From NCBI RefSeq assembly GCF_006345805.1, contig NC_043008.1:1860001-1924000 (forward strand): 64,000 nucleotides of DNA, written 5' to 3'. The notes under the pieces are model-generated. The model was not told the DNA's origin. It did not search any database and was given only the letters and a program-made list of their open reading frames with translations. Shown in pieces: positions 27,032 through 40,374 of this stretch. This DNA comes from Octopus sinensis. Taxonomy: Eukaryota. The position numbers were made by a program, and so were the translations under genes. Numbering within the stretch: position 1 is the stretch's first letter; each line of letters begins with the position of its first letter.

Positions 27032-27222
27032 AGGCAGTGAGCTGCCAGAGTCGTTAGCACATCGGGCGAAATGCTTAGCGGTATTTTGTCTATCTTTACG
27101 ATCTGAATTCACTTTCCACCGAGGTCGACTTCGTTTTTCATCCTTTCGTAGTCGATCAATTAAGTATCAGTTGCGTTCTGGGGTCAATCTAATTGACTTT
27201 CTCCCCAAATCTCAGGCCTTGT
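27032..27222 (+). mobile_element. SINE family A, tail cut short at ggccttgt
   Basis: aggcagtgagctgccagagtcgttagcacatcgggcgaaatgcttagcggtattt...gaggtcgacttcgtttttcatcctttcg...ctccccaaatctcaggccttgt. Confidence 0.88.
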
Positions 27223-27425
27223 AGGATCACTTGGAGCATTGAAAACCAGGTTTGAGAAATCTCCTGAAGAAACTGAAATAGAAATTTGGGTGGACTATGT
27301 TCAGACATCTTCTCTTGGGGTCAGCGAGGATTTTAGCATGGCTAAATTATTGACATCTGTTTGTTGTTAGTCCTTGCACGTTTTAGGTGGAGTAGGTGAA
27401 ATCAAGATCTGTGAGAAATGAAATG

Positions 27426-27485
<60 letters not shown>
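27221..27485 (+). mobile_element. 3' end of an R4/Dong-like LINE ending in a (TAG)n tail
   Basis: Translates VGSLGALKTRFEKSPEETEIEIWVDYVQTSSLG/SARIL, homologous to the VGALG…LGTAHIL C-termini at about 3525-3660 and 4398-4535; (TAG)n at 27429-27485. Confidence 0.65.
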
Positions 27486-27486
<1 letters not shown>

Positions 27487-27489
27487 AAG

Positions 27490-29195
27490 CAGGCAACCCT
27501 CACTAAGCTTCTTTAAGCAAACCTGTTATGTTTACTACACGTGCTCTATACCAGTAAGGATAAAACAGAATTTATTGTTGCAAAATGCCTAAACCATTTA
27601 CGTCATACTGCATCGTCCATCACGTGGTATACAATAGCACTTGTTCCAGTGATTGATAGGCTGGAATAGAAATTTACGATACTGGAGTACCCTCCCCAAC
27701 AGGTCATCAGAAGCTGGAAATCTCCAACTCTGAACCAGTTGGACAAACACTTACAAGCAACCATCGATAGCAGAAAACAAGCCAGGAATTGTCTATTGAG
27801 GAATATACAAAGTGTATGACGGCATTCTTTAAGGCATTAAACAATACCCAATCCAATGTTACAGAATGGTGAAAACTAGATTACTAAAACAGCCGACCAT
27901 ACGTAGATGCAAGTAAAAACGTAGTATATAAACCTGAAAAGAAAGAAAATTGATATTTATTGAATTTGGACATCTAAGAGCTGAGTGCGATAACTGAAAG
28001 CAAGAAAAACCGATCGAAGCTGACAATATCAGAACACCGACAGTAACATTTCCTAACTATTCGGAAGAAAATGTCAATGAGAGAACTGGTGTAATTAGAC
28101 AGAAGAGAAACTAAGACAAGGCATAAAGCATTTCAGAAACTAAAGAATACATTGTCGAGAATTACGTAAAGCCATGTACAGCGGAATGAAAGAGTGACAA
28201 AGTACGTAATTTTAAGAACAAAACAATATATGAATATATGAATAAAATTAAAATGATAAAAGTATAAAACTTTGCAATGCTGCAAATAAAGAAATGTTTG
28301 CAGAGTTTGAAAGCAAACTAATCTCTTTTGCTAACCTTGTATATTCTGCTACTAAATCTATAAGCTGCGACATTGGTCAGAAAGTTACAAAAAGAAAAAC
28401 ATACATAATAATAAGCAGCTTAAATGGACAGAAAAACTGCAGAAAGAAATTAATAACCTGCGAAGTGAAATGTCAATAATCGAATGGTTAGCCACTGGTG
28501 TGAATGTATAGACGAGAAAAGCAAGTAATGTTAAAAGAAAGTTAGCAGATCAAACACGAAGAGAATCTATTGAATGCGTAGGATACTCTAAAACAATGCA
28601 TCCAGGACAAAGCACTGAGAGTTAGACGACATGAAAAAAGGAGATAGTTATAGAAACAAAACAAAAGCATTGGAACTCATGTAAATACATTTTACAGCAA
28701 AATGTAGCATAATACACTTGAAACCAAAGGGGGTACCTAAAAGGAACCATTCGGGGAAAATAAATGCAGCAATGATGAAAAGAATCCAGAAATTGGATAA
28801 ATAGAGAAATAGACTGAAACAAGCTTTATTTATGCTACCCAGGACCAGAGACCCTGTACTAAGATTTCCCAGGCAGAATTTTCTCAAAGACGGAGCAGAC
28901 CAGGAAATGCTGGATGATGTGATGCACAACCCGAAATTATTGACCGCGTAGCACCAGCAGATTATAAATACAGATAATATAGGGCTGGGTTTTGTATCCA
29001 CTGGATAACATGCAAACAATATAATGCAGAGCACAGGGAAGATTTGCTTGAACACAAACCACAACCAGAAACTGAAATTGAGGGAGTAACATGTCTTTAA
29101 GATTTTGCCATCAACACCTATCGTACACTTAATGCAATCAGCTCTTATAATTTTATTAAGAACAAGACATGCTTATTCATTAACAGAACTGTAAG
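27490..29195 (+). mobile_element. Degraded R4/Dong-like element lacking the RT domain
   Basis: N-terminal motifs (ANLVYSATKSI, KWTEKLQKEINNLRSE, DTLKQCIQDKALRVRRHEK, FYSKM) match the 695-1357 ORF. They join at about 28810 to ETSFIYATQDQR, KCWM/CDAQPEIIDRV, APADYKYR, IHWITCKQY, EHKPQP, DFAINT, KTCLFI, which match the 3000-3410 region. The 5' boundary is uncertain. Confidence 0.75.
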
Positions 29196-29552
29196 GAATA
29201 AGCATGTCAGCAGATTTTGCTTGTCACTGTTTTATGGGGTCAGTTTTAATTTATAGACTAGTTTATCAAATCACTCTCTAACTAAGGCCAAAAGAACAAG
29301 GAGCAGTGCCAGCTAGGAAAGGGGATAAGGGTGTCGAAAGAAATCATAGTGTGTACAGTCATAAAAAACAAGATTTATTTGAACCGATATAATGCGATTT
29401 GGTAAAGGAAATCTTACAACAAGATGTAAGCTGACAATTAAAGGGGCAAACCAATAGCAGACGTTTGATAATGAAACAGGGGAAATCTTATCAGCGAAGT
29501 AGACTTTCGGTTGCGCGGGTTACGAAGAGGTAGAAATAACTGGTGGCTGTCA

Positions 29553-29838
29553 CCCTGAGGTACTTAAAGGAATAACTCTTTCATTTACACGTTATCCTCT
29601 CCACGAGTTTATTTGAGTATAGCTTAACAAAGTTATAACTGGTGACCCCGACGTGATGTTGTCGAAACTAAAATCAGTTAGTGATGGCGACATGTAGGGC
29701 AGCGTTTATGAGAGACCAATTCTAGATAGGACCTATGCTAGGATTGTGGCCCTTATGTACTTAAAGGAATAGATCTTTCACTAACACACTCTCATCTCAA
29801 CGAGGTTATTTGCGTGTAGCTTTACAAAGCTATAAATT
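29553..29838. repeat. Diverged direct repeat of about 88 bp (two copies, period about 198 bp)
   Basis: ccctgaggtacttaaaggaataactctttca…cacgagtttatttgagtatagcttaacaaagttataa versus cccttatgtacttaaaggaatagatctttca…aacgaggttatttgcgtgtagctttacaaagctataa. Confidence 0.8.
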
Positions 29839-30796
29839 AAACCTTTATAGTTTATAGAATAACAAAGCCTCTCGTGGGTGTTTGTCAATTTATTCGGCTG
29901 TAGAGAACATTGCAACACAATTGATATAACTGAACGGCGTTAATGGATTCATAGTACAAATATAATGCGGAAAAATATGCGCTACCTCGATAGTCACACA
30001 ATTCTAACACCGGATACACATAATGTTGATTTCTCTATTCCTCTCCATTATGTCAAACAAAATATGTAGCTTCCATAGATTCAATATAATCAGCGCGTAA
30101 TATGTACATTTTGAAATATCCAATATGATATTTACACTGCAGTGGAAGTATTATTTAGTTATACGATAATTCTCATAATCTAGAGAACGAAGAACTAGCC
30201 AATCATCCATTTAATATACTATGTATGTTGAACATAAGTTCAGGTATGGAATTCCTGATGTCTAAAGAAGGTAAGCGAAGCATTTTCAAAGACGGTGATA
30301 TGTACTGTCTTCTTTTCATACATTCTTCTTGTTTGATCAATAAAAACGAGTTTTGAATTGAATGATTGATTAATACATACGGTATACGATATAAAATTGC
30401 CACTATTTTCCGTGTACACAAATGCATAAAGTAATATGACACCGCGTTGCAAAATATTTGATATGTATGTTCAACTAACTCTTGATTTACGAAAGGAGAA
30501 TAATCTACCGTAACTGAACTAGAATCTATTTCATAACATATTTGTACTCTTACGAAAACAGTTAATGTCCATTAAATTCTACCTAGGCTTCCATTGCTTT
30601 TCATTCATTCGGAAGCGATAAAAATAGGTATTAGTTGAGCACTGATGTCGATGTAATCAGCTTGCCCTCTCATTTCTGGCCTTGAGCACAAATTTAAACC
30701 CCGGCACAGTAGTCATATAATTATAAAAAGCCAATGTTAAAAACATGCATACGTGTGAGGAGTCTACACACACACAAGCATATACATACGTATACG

Positions 30797-30827
<31 letters not shown>

Positions 30828-30831
30828 TATA

Positions 30832-31013
<182 letters not shown>

Positions 31014-31322
31014 TGTGTGTGTGTGTGTGCATCAGGATCTACTTCGTACAAGTATGGCCGCACGCTGGCAAAACGTTGCTACTCTAAATGGAAATAGTAT
31101 GTTGATGTGCGGTGGCACGAAGCAGAGCAGTCCACTCAAAAAAGCACATGGTAAATAATCAGCAAACTGAGTCCTTAACTTGTGTTAATTGCCAATAGAT
31201 TAGCAAGGAACTTACAGACCTCAAGCGTCACATTCGTCTGCTAAGAATATATTGAGGGCTTTATTTTACTGCACCCTCATTTGTCGTTTACAAGAGAATC
31301 GATCATAATCTATACACTCACA

Positions 31323-31427
<105 letters not shown>

Positions 31428-31829
31428 CTCTGTACGTGTGTGTATATATATATAATCTGTAATAATAATATTAATAATAATAATAATAATATATAAGTTT
31501 AAAGCTTTTATGCCCAACTGTTAGACTACTGACTTTAGTCAATGCATGGCGATCGCCTAGAAGCTTCAATCTTATAATATATAGTTATTATTTACATATA
31601 ACTGTGACGTCATCGCTTCTCAAATTATCCGAGAATATACATACACATATTTGTGTGTGTGCGTGGGTTTGCGCCCGTGTGTGTGTTCATATGTGTGTGT
31701 GTGTGTGTGTGTGTATATATACATCATAACATATACAAATACCACACTTTGTAAATAATGCACAGCGTACGTAATTTTTGTCATTCTTTTAAAAAATACA
31801 AGGCAATTTCTACTCTCCCATTTGTAATA

Positions 31830-32010
31830 CTTCCTGGCATTTCTTCTGACATCACGTTCTGATACCAAACTTCGCAGATATAGACTTTCCTCCCCATGCC
31901 CTCTTTGTCGATAAAGTCAGCACCATTAGAGTACTGAGTTCGAAGTAATCCACAACCTGTTCCTCCAAATACTTCAAGCCATGGCTTGGGTAGACAGAAA
32001 GAAATGTTAG
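31830..32010 (+). mobile_element. Old SINE family A remnant
   Basis: ggcatttcttctgacatcacgttctgataccaaacttcgcagatatagactttcc…gtcgataaa…gtaatc is colinear with the family consensus. Confidence 0.55.
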
Positions 32011-33780
32011 GAAGCTATTTACTAAATCATTTACCTTATTTTGTCTCCTACAAGATTTCAAAGTGAGTACTTCCTGGTTCACAGAAATTGTTCGAGTAGC
32101 TTCCAAATTTATGTACATTGCATTTGACTAAAGTAATACTTCCAGCCTCCAATAATGATATTTTAGTAGGTACGAGGTGTCACAGTATGACTAATCAGTG
32201 ACAGTACTTACATAAAAATTATCAAGAAAATAGTGACAACCTTACCTATAGACACTGGTACACGCTGAATTTATTTTAAAAACAGAATAATCACATCAAA
32301 TACTATCAATAATGCATGTGGCTACCGATCTTAAGTTTTGAAACAGTAAAGAAAAACAATCCTAAATGGTTTCTAAATATGAGATACTCACAGTAAAGTA
32401 TTCATCAGCATAAACACAAAGCCATGAAAGAACTGAGAAATGTTATTTAAATATGTGTTGTGTCATAAAGTATTGAACTGAGACGTTGTACTAAATTCTG
32501 TATTTTCACATATCTGTTTGATAAAAGCAGATTTTGATGCAAGTAGACACACTTTGAAATTCTAAATAATGTAAACTAAATATTTTAAAGCGTTTTGCAA
32601 ATCACGCTGATATCATATTTATATATGCGTTCCAAATTATCGTCGTGGTCGTTATGTCTCATCAGACATTCTATATATTGAGATGGATACTATCAATTTG
32701 TATGGTTTGGTAACTAATGAATTAGAGTTATATATTAGAGATACTATGGCATAACAGCCCCACAGTTATAACTTGAACAAAATAACCCATAACACATGAA
32801 TTGATATCATAAATTGCGGATTTTTACTTACACTTCTAATATCTTATACACGCGGTTCCTGTTTTTGTCAAAGGACACATCGAAAAGATGAAAGAGATAT
32901 ATAGAGAGAAGGAATTGCATAGAGTATTCCGTGAAGAATAATGAAAATGTACCCTGTAAACATCAATCAATCAACACGCTGAACTGTATATAAAACAAAT
33001 TAAACAATGATAATATGTGAGAACAGATGTGTACATCATAACTATGTCTCTTTCTTCTACTTATATCCAAATTTTCCTATTTCTTTGCTCTCGTTTCATA
33101 AAGTTCCGTACGATAATCCATTTTGTCTACAATGAAGCGTGGAATGGATGACATATGCAATTTATGACGAGCAAGCGCACATTACAGAAATACATTCCAA
33201 GAGTGTCATTACATTTTTTTCCTTCCAGTAGTGTTTTCTTTTTTTTCTTTCTCATTGAGTGTGCTGCTAAAAGAACTCGATACTTCAAGCTAACTGCAGC
33301 TGTTTGACTGTGGAAACGTCTTTCTATCTTCTATTCAAATTGAAATATTTGATTTTTTTCCAATTCATATTTACATACAGCACTACCACAACCTTAAGAG
33401 GATTCACAGTAAAAGTAAAAAACAATAAAAAATGAAATAAAAGCCAGCTATAAATGATTCGCATATAACCCTGTCTCATTATGTCCCATCATGTGTGCGT
33501 ATATATGCTGTATATATTACGTGATCAGCTATTTATACAGCATTTATGTTCTACGTCTCAAATTTTTATATATAAGTAATTGAAAGCTTCACTTATTCAA
33601 AGTTTCCTTAGACATCAGCTGTTCTAAATTATGTTAGACATAATTCTAGGATATTTTTTACTTTATATATATTTTCTGCACAACTTGATTTCTTTATAAA
33701 TTCTCATGGGTAAGCTTAACTCTATTGACATATTACTAGAATTACTTGAATTAATATTTCAAAAAGACAGGACAGAATAA

Positions 33781-33838
<58 letters not shown>

Positions 33839-34204
33839 AACAGAGAGAGAGAGAGGGGGGAGAGAGGTAGAGGTACACAGACAGTGAACAAAGACCATCA
33901 GATCAATGCAACGAAATGTGAGATGAGATGGCCGCTTCATATTTAGAATGTATTGAGAAATATGCGATAGTTAAAATTATGTTCTCTGAGTGAGGGTGAC
34001 ATTGTAAATCAAATGAGATATATGATAATAAGAAAAGAAAATCTTTGTCAGGAGGATTAAATTTGCATATGTCAAAATCTTACCAGATAGATATCGATAG
34101 CATGTTTATGTCCCATATATATATATATATATATATATATGGATAGATATGTGTGTGTATGCATTTGTGTGTATCACACTCATACACACACATTTATTTA
34201 AGTG

Positions 34205-34311
<107 letters not shown>

Positions 34312-34533
34312 CGATTTCTTTATATATAACTAGATAACACTGACTTTATTAAATGGACTCATCAAATATGTCAGGAAATACTGTAAAAAAAGTTTAGTGG
34401 TTGTGTTTATTAAATAAATAAATACATAAATAGATATTGGAAATAGAACCGAAGATGACAGGCAATTCCTTAAGTATTGATATTACCCTGAATAATGATA
34501 CTAATAATATACCACAATAAAAGTATGAAGATG

Positions 34534-34646
34534 CAGCAGCAGCAGGAGCAGTGGCAGTGAGCAGCGGTGGTGATAGTAGTAGTAGTAGTAGTAGCAGTAG
34601 TAGTAGTGGTAGTAGTAGTAGTGGTAGTAGTAGTAGTGACAGTAGC

Positions 34647-34686
<40 letters not shown>

Positions 34687-34815
34687 ACAAGACGAAAAAG
34701 AAACGAAAGAAATAGAAAAGCAGAAGAAGAAGAAGAAGAAGAAGAAGAAGAAGAAGAAGAAGAAGAAGAAGAAGAAGAAGAAGAAGAAGAAGAAGAAGAA
34801 GAAGAAGAAGAAGAA
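34534..34815. repeat. (CAG)/(TAG)n followed by a pure (GAA)n tract
   Basis: Direct reading; about 30 GAA units at 34724-34815. Confidence 0.95.
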
Positions 34816-35096
34816 TTTTAAATGCCAATGTTGTAAATTTTTCTTCAGCAACAAAAATAGCGTCAAGAAAATATAGAATACATATTTTACATAATGAAAT
34901 TATAAATGCATGCGTATCTGCATAACGTTGTTGGCACATTCTCGTCATAGAAACGTCAAGTGAAAATCGCAATGGAAGATTAAGCTTTCTGAAGCACTCT
35001 CTACTTTCACACAATACTTTCTGAGATATTTTAATTGGTAACATACACATAAATGATCTATGCACACTGGTACTAATGGATAAAAGAAAATCATAT

Positions 35097-35550
<454 letters not shown>

Positions 35551-35561
35551 ATAAGGATATG

Positions 35562-35629
<68 letters not shown>

Positions 35630-35639
35630 CATGTATATA

Positions 35640-35820
35640 TACAGGGGTTGGACAAGATAATGGAAACACATAGCATCATAGCATCAAACAACTATAAAAC
35701 AGTCACAAGTTTCTTTTTTTATGTTTTCGGATTTATTATTAATTTTGCTAAATATGCTTTGCTAAAATTGCTGTTTATTTTAAGATGTCATCAGATAAAA
35801 GGTAACATATCGTCTCCAGG
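35640..35820 (+). mobile_element. Tc1-like transposon terminal fragment
   Basis: TA followed by caggggttggacaagataatggaaacac resembles Tc1-family TIRs; no partner end was found, and the right boundary is approximate. Confidence 0.5.
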
Positions 35821-37903
35821 TGTTGATCCCTATTTTACGGCACACATTCGACTGTTTCGTTATGTCTTTGTTACTAACACCAGCTGTTTTTATAGTGACA
35901 ACCCGCTCACGTTTTGTTTTCGACGCCATGTTTGTTTACACACCTGCTGTAGACGAACGAAACAATCCACACATGCATAAAAGACAAGCAAATCTTCATT
36001 AAAAAACGTAAATAATATTTCCTGAACCGATTTTCTTTTGGAATAGTTTTAAACGTGTTAATATACCAGGGACAAACTGCATATGTATATATGTGTATAT
36101 AGATTTTTTTTCTGTGGTAGGCTTTCAACAAGTATGCAAGAAGAATAGTACTTTATCAGTTCAAAGATTAAAGTTACTTTTATAATGCATATCGGATTAC
36201 AATAATGTAATATATTGTGTTGCTTATTGATATAGTGTTGTGCATCTCCTGGCTGAAATATTAAACGATTTCGCAATTCTTCAGGCTAATAAAAAGATGA
36301 CTATATGTCAGCGGTGTTCGAAACAGCTGATGTTTGAATGGGAAGTCTCATGTAGAAAAAGAGAGAAGAAGGAAATATAAACAGAGAAACACAAGGGAGA
36401 TAATCTACATTACAACAACTATCACGCATATCAAATTACGTAAACGAGATCGGAATGCTTTACTATGTGCCACGTGGTATATATATAATTTCCGCTCAGA
36501 TGCATTTGTTTTTTAAATGTGGTGATTAAATAAATTCTTGTTACACAGTAGTTAGAGGTTCTAAAGTTGCTTTTCGAGTGAACACATCGAACAAGTTTTG
36601 GCCTTTTAACACAGGGTTTGATCTTGGATTTTTTTTTCCATTAGATGTCACTGTTAATGTTTTCTTCTTCAAGGTTCCAGGGAGCATCGTTGTATGTCAC
36701 TCCTTGCGGTGTCTTAAAGTTCAAAGAATGTTGGTGTATCTGGATTTAAATTTTCTTTCCACTGATTCAGTTTAAGCTACGATTTCTGTTCGAACGTTGC
36801 TTTAGTTTGCCGAGGATATATAGGATGCCTGCCGAAAAAGATATTTGGATTTATCTCTTCCTATGCATCCAGGTTATGTCTGAGTCGTTGGTTGTTCATT
36901 TTTATATGTCTTTACATTAAATCAGGGAACAAAAAAAATCGTGCGTCAATTAAATATCTTTCTGTATCTATGGCTGCTAGAAATGTTGTACCTTTATTTG
37001 TTCTAACATTTAAGAAAACAAAGGAGGTCCTACACAAGACCTATACTTACAGCAAATTATTGGGGAGGTGGTGTTATAAAAGATTTAAACGCTCTAACCG
37101 CTAACATGTTGAACATAATGATAATGACGAGAATCCGTTTTAAATATTTCTTTAGAAGAAGAAAGCCATATAATCCTACTGCTATTGTTTGGGGTTATTA
37201 AGTTTGGAAATGCAATTGGTGGGAGACAGAAGTGATTATTAATATAGTTGAGATTGTCTTTGAGCATGTGAATGGACTTATAGGAATTAGTTGAGAAGAC
37301 AAAGGAGACACCTAATACATCGGTCCGAGATAGAGTAGAGTCAATTGAGATTTTAAGTCTTTAAGATGTGAGGGCAGCAATTAACTATTTTCGAAGGAAA
37401 TTCATAGAATTGTCATGAAACTTGTGTAAGTCTCCCAAAGCGTCGCTCCAATACATTCCGACGCTATAAAATGTAAAATTTCGAATTTAATTCAATGAGT
37501 GTAAACTGACCAAGTCGAGTGTATTTGCGCTTGTATATGAACACATTGGGACTTCGAATAGTTCACTTGTTTTCATCTACTTTCTCCAAACAGATCCGGC
37601 ATGACCTTGGGATTTGGTAGTCTAAACATGAAAGATATCCGTATTACGCATATTGATGTGTGCACAAGCGTGTATGTTTGTTCGTGTGTATGTGTCCGTG
37701 TGTATATGTGTGTACGTGAATGTATTCACACACACGAAAACATGGACAGGTGAAAATCTTTTCTCGAAGTATTGCAAAAACATAATATTAACATCCCAGT
37801 CAAATGGGTTAGAAGTCGATGGATGTCTAAAATTCATTTCCTATTATTGATAATTTCATTTTCTATACCAAAGATGCTATTGTGTTGACGTGCACACCCA
37901 CAC

Positions 37904-37939
<36 letters not shown>

Positions 37940-39649
37940 ACACAAATACAAACAGATGTTGACACATAAGTATGTGTAAGTGTGTGTAATAATTACATAA
38001 ATGCAAGTAATGATAAGGAATATTATTTATTTTTATAAAATAATATAAGCTGCAGTGCTGATTTTTATCGTTTTAGATGTCGTCTTGTTTGTGTGAAAAG
38101 GGATAAAATCCAACTGTTGAAGAGCATTGACAAATAATTCTTATAAATCCATGAACACCCAAAGAATATTAACTCCGAGAATAAGAAAATACACTCGACT
38201 GCCTTTCCCAAGGTTTCAAAGTATATAATTTCACAAACTACTCCCATAACAACATAAGAATGCTGAGAATACTTTAGTTCCATGTCCTGAAATCGTCGCC
38301 CAGTGTGTTCGATTGAAAACCATATAGTTGATGTTTTCAAAATCTGCAAAACTTCGGAAGCAATTCAGTAGTCATAATCGCACAATAATATTAGTCCCTC
38401 TGTAATCTGTTTGGTTCAATCACACATTTATAATTATCAAGCATGAAATAATAAACATCAGAGAAAACCTTACGCATATTGGCAGAAGAATATTTATGCT
38501 TTATCTATTTCATATTTGCAACAAACACTATAATATTTATTATGTTACATTGTAGATTTTTCTGATGGCTGTATACAAAATAATATCCTGCTATAGACGT
38601 ACTTTACTGACATATAACCTGAGTTTAATACGAGGTTAATATTTGTAAAACATACGGCAGTCATGAATTTATCCTTTCACATTATTTAATGATATATGAA
38701 TCAGTGAACATAGTTTTGATATATCGTACACCAATGCATACAAGACCGTTTTCCTGATCCAATATAATTATTATTTTTATTGATGATGCATATAACAGAT
38801 ATCCTATCAGATACCCTATAAGTTTAGGGTACCGACCTTATTTTATTTGGCAATCACTCACTTCTAGATTACCTGATCGACTGAAAACCAGATCCAATCA
38901 AAGTTGATAACTTTTGTAGTTGAATACTACGAAAATATTCGCGGCCGCAAGCATTTTATGCTACGAGCAGTAATCGAGAACAGAGAAAATCAAATAAAGC
39001 TCAAGTTGGAGAAATATAAGATGAAGGCAATCAATTTCATTCTGATGTGTATGAAGTTAGAGTTAACATGGTTGTTACAAATCTCTAGCGAGAACCAAGC
39101 ACGTTCTTTCACGTGTGTGACCTTTCGTGATAAAAACCGACTCGAATAATAACATTGATGCCTGCGGTGATACTTAAAACGACAGTAAAAGAAAATAAGA
39201 ATTAATGACATGGCCAAAAGGAAGCCACTACGCAGTGGTAAGAGAGAATGTATTCGTAATATACATTGAAGTCCACTTCAAATTCCGACTTGTCATGACA
39301 ACTATAAATAACGATCTTATGAAATACGACGTGTACTTCGACAACAAACGAAAACTCTGACCTGCCTATATGAGACTAGAGCCATTACTTTTTGATCACG
39401 CTACAAGTAAAGCACTGCGAATAATTTCGGCAAATTGCAAATAATTTCCTTGACTTCGCCATTCTGATTTCCGTACAAAATGTTCAAAATTAAGAGCTAG
39501 CCTTGCACACCGAGATATTTGCAATACAAAGTTAAACAGGGAAAAAAGAAAAACACCGTAAAAAACATTTGCATTGGTAGCTATATATTATATGACTGTG
39601 GATTTGTACTATTGCTAGGCGATACATACATACATACATACATAAATAT

Positions 39650-39744
<95 letters not shown>

Positions 39745-39780
39745 CATATATATATATTTATATACATATATATATATATT

Positions 39781-39831
<51 letters not shown>

Positions 39832-39833
<2 letters not shown>

Positions 39834-40040
39834 GAAAAAACAAAAGACAAAGACAGGTGGTGTAGAAAACAAACAGATGTATTAGTATAGCACTCAGGAA
39901 TTGAAAAAGTATTTTAGGTTTCGAGCCTACGCTCTTCCACAGAAAGGAACAGAGAAAGAGAGGAGAGAAAGAAGGAGAGAAAAAAAGGAGAGAATAAAAG
40001 AGAGAAAAAAGGAGAGAAAAATGTGTGTAGTGGCTACCGA
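39832..40040 (-). mobile_element. About 200-bp repeat (Penelope pLTR or retrozyme-like) with a hammerhead-like motif
   Basis: Reverse-complement homolog of 45403-45610; both abut (TA)n. Contains CCTTTCTGTGGAAGAGCGTAGGCTCGAAAC on the minus strand. Confidence 0.65.
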
Positions 40041-40042
40041 CA

Positions 40043-40130
40043 TACGAGGTCTGATCAATAAGTATGCGGACTGTTGCCAGAGTAACGAAGCTAAAGTCCG
40101 CAGAGTAAAGCAGCTCGGCAAAGTTTGACA
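40043..40130 (+). mobile_element. Mariner-type TIR end fragment
   Basis: tacgaggtctgatcaataagtatgcggactg resembles TA-flanked mariner TIRs of the 'TACGAGG..tcaaaaagt..ggact' type. Confidence 0.45.
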
Positions 40131-40374
40131 ACCACCGTTGGCTATCTGGTTCTCATATTCGTGATCTCTCGGTTAATGTTAGCGAGATGAATTCCAGGGT
40201 TGCCAATGTTATTGATTTCCCCCAATAGACAGGGTGGCAGTGATGGTTTGGATTCTAATATCAGTTTTAATAATGAGAGTGATAGTGTTTTGCTTTAAAA
40301 TAATTCAGTTGTTGACGGCCTTGTGATTGTAGAAACATAGACAATTGTTTATTCGCAAACTTAGTGAAGTAGTT

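Noticed and set aside
29641-29690. Hammerhead-like ccgacgt…gaaac…gtt
   Set aside because: The core has two or more mismatches and there is no credible stem I.
31605-31612. Perfect CRE motif TGACGTCA
   Set aside because: An isolated 8-mer is expected by chance in 64 kb, and no linked gene was found.
34394-35065. 223-aa poly-Leu ORF and poly-Val/Glu ORF
   Set aside because: They derive from (TAG)n and (GAA)n microsatellites.
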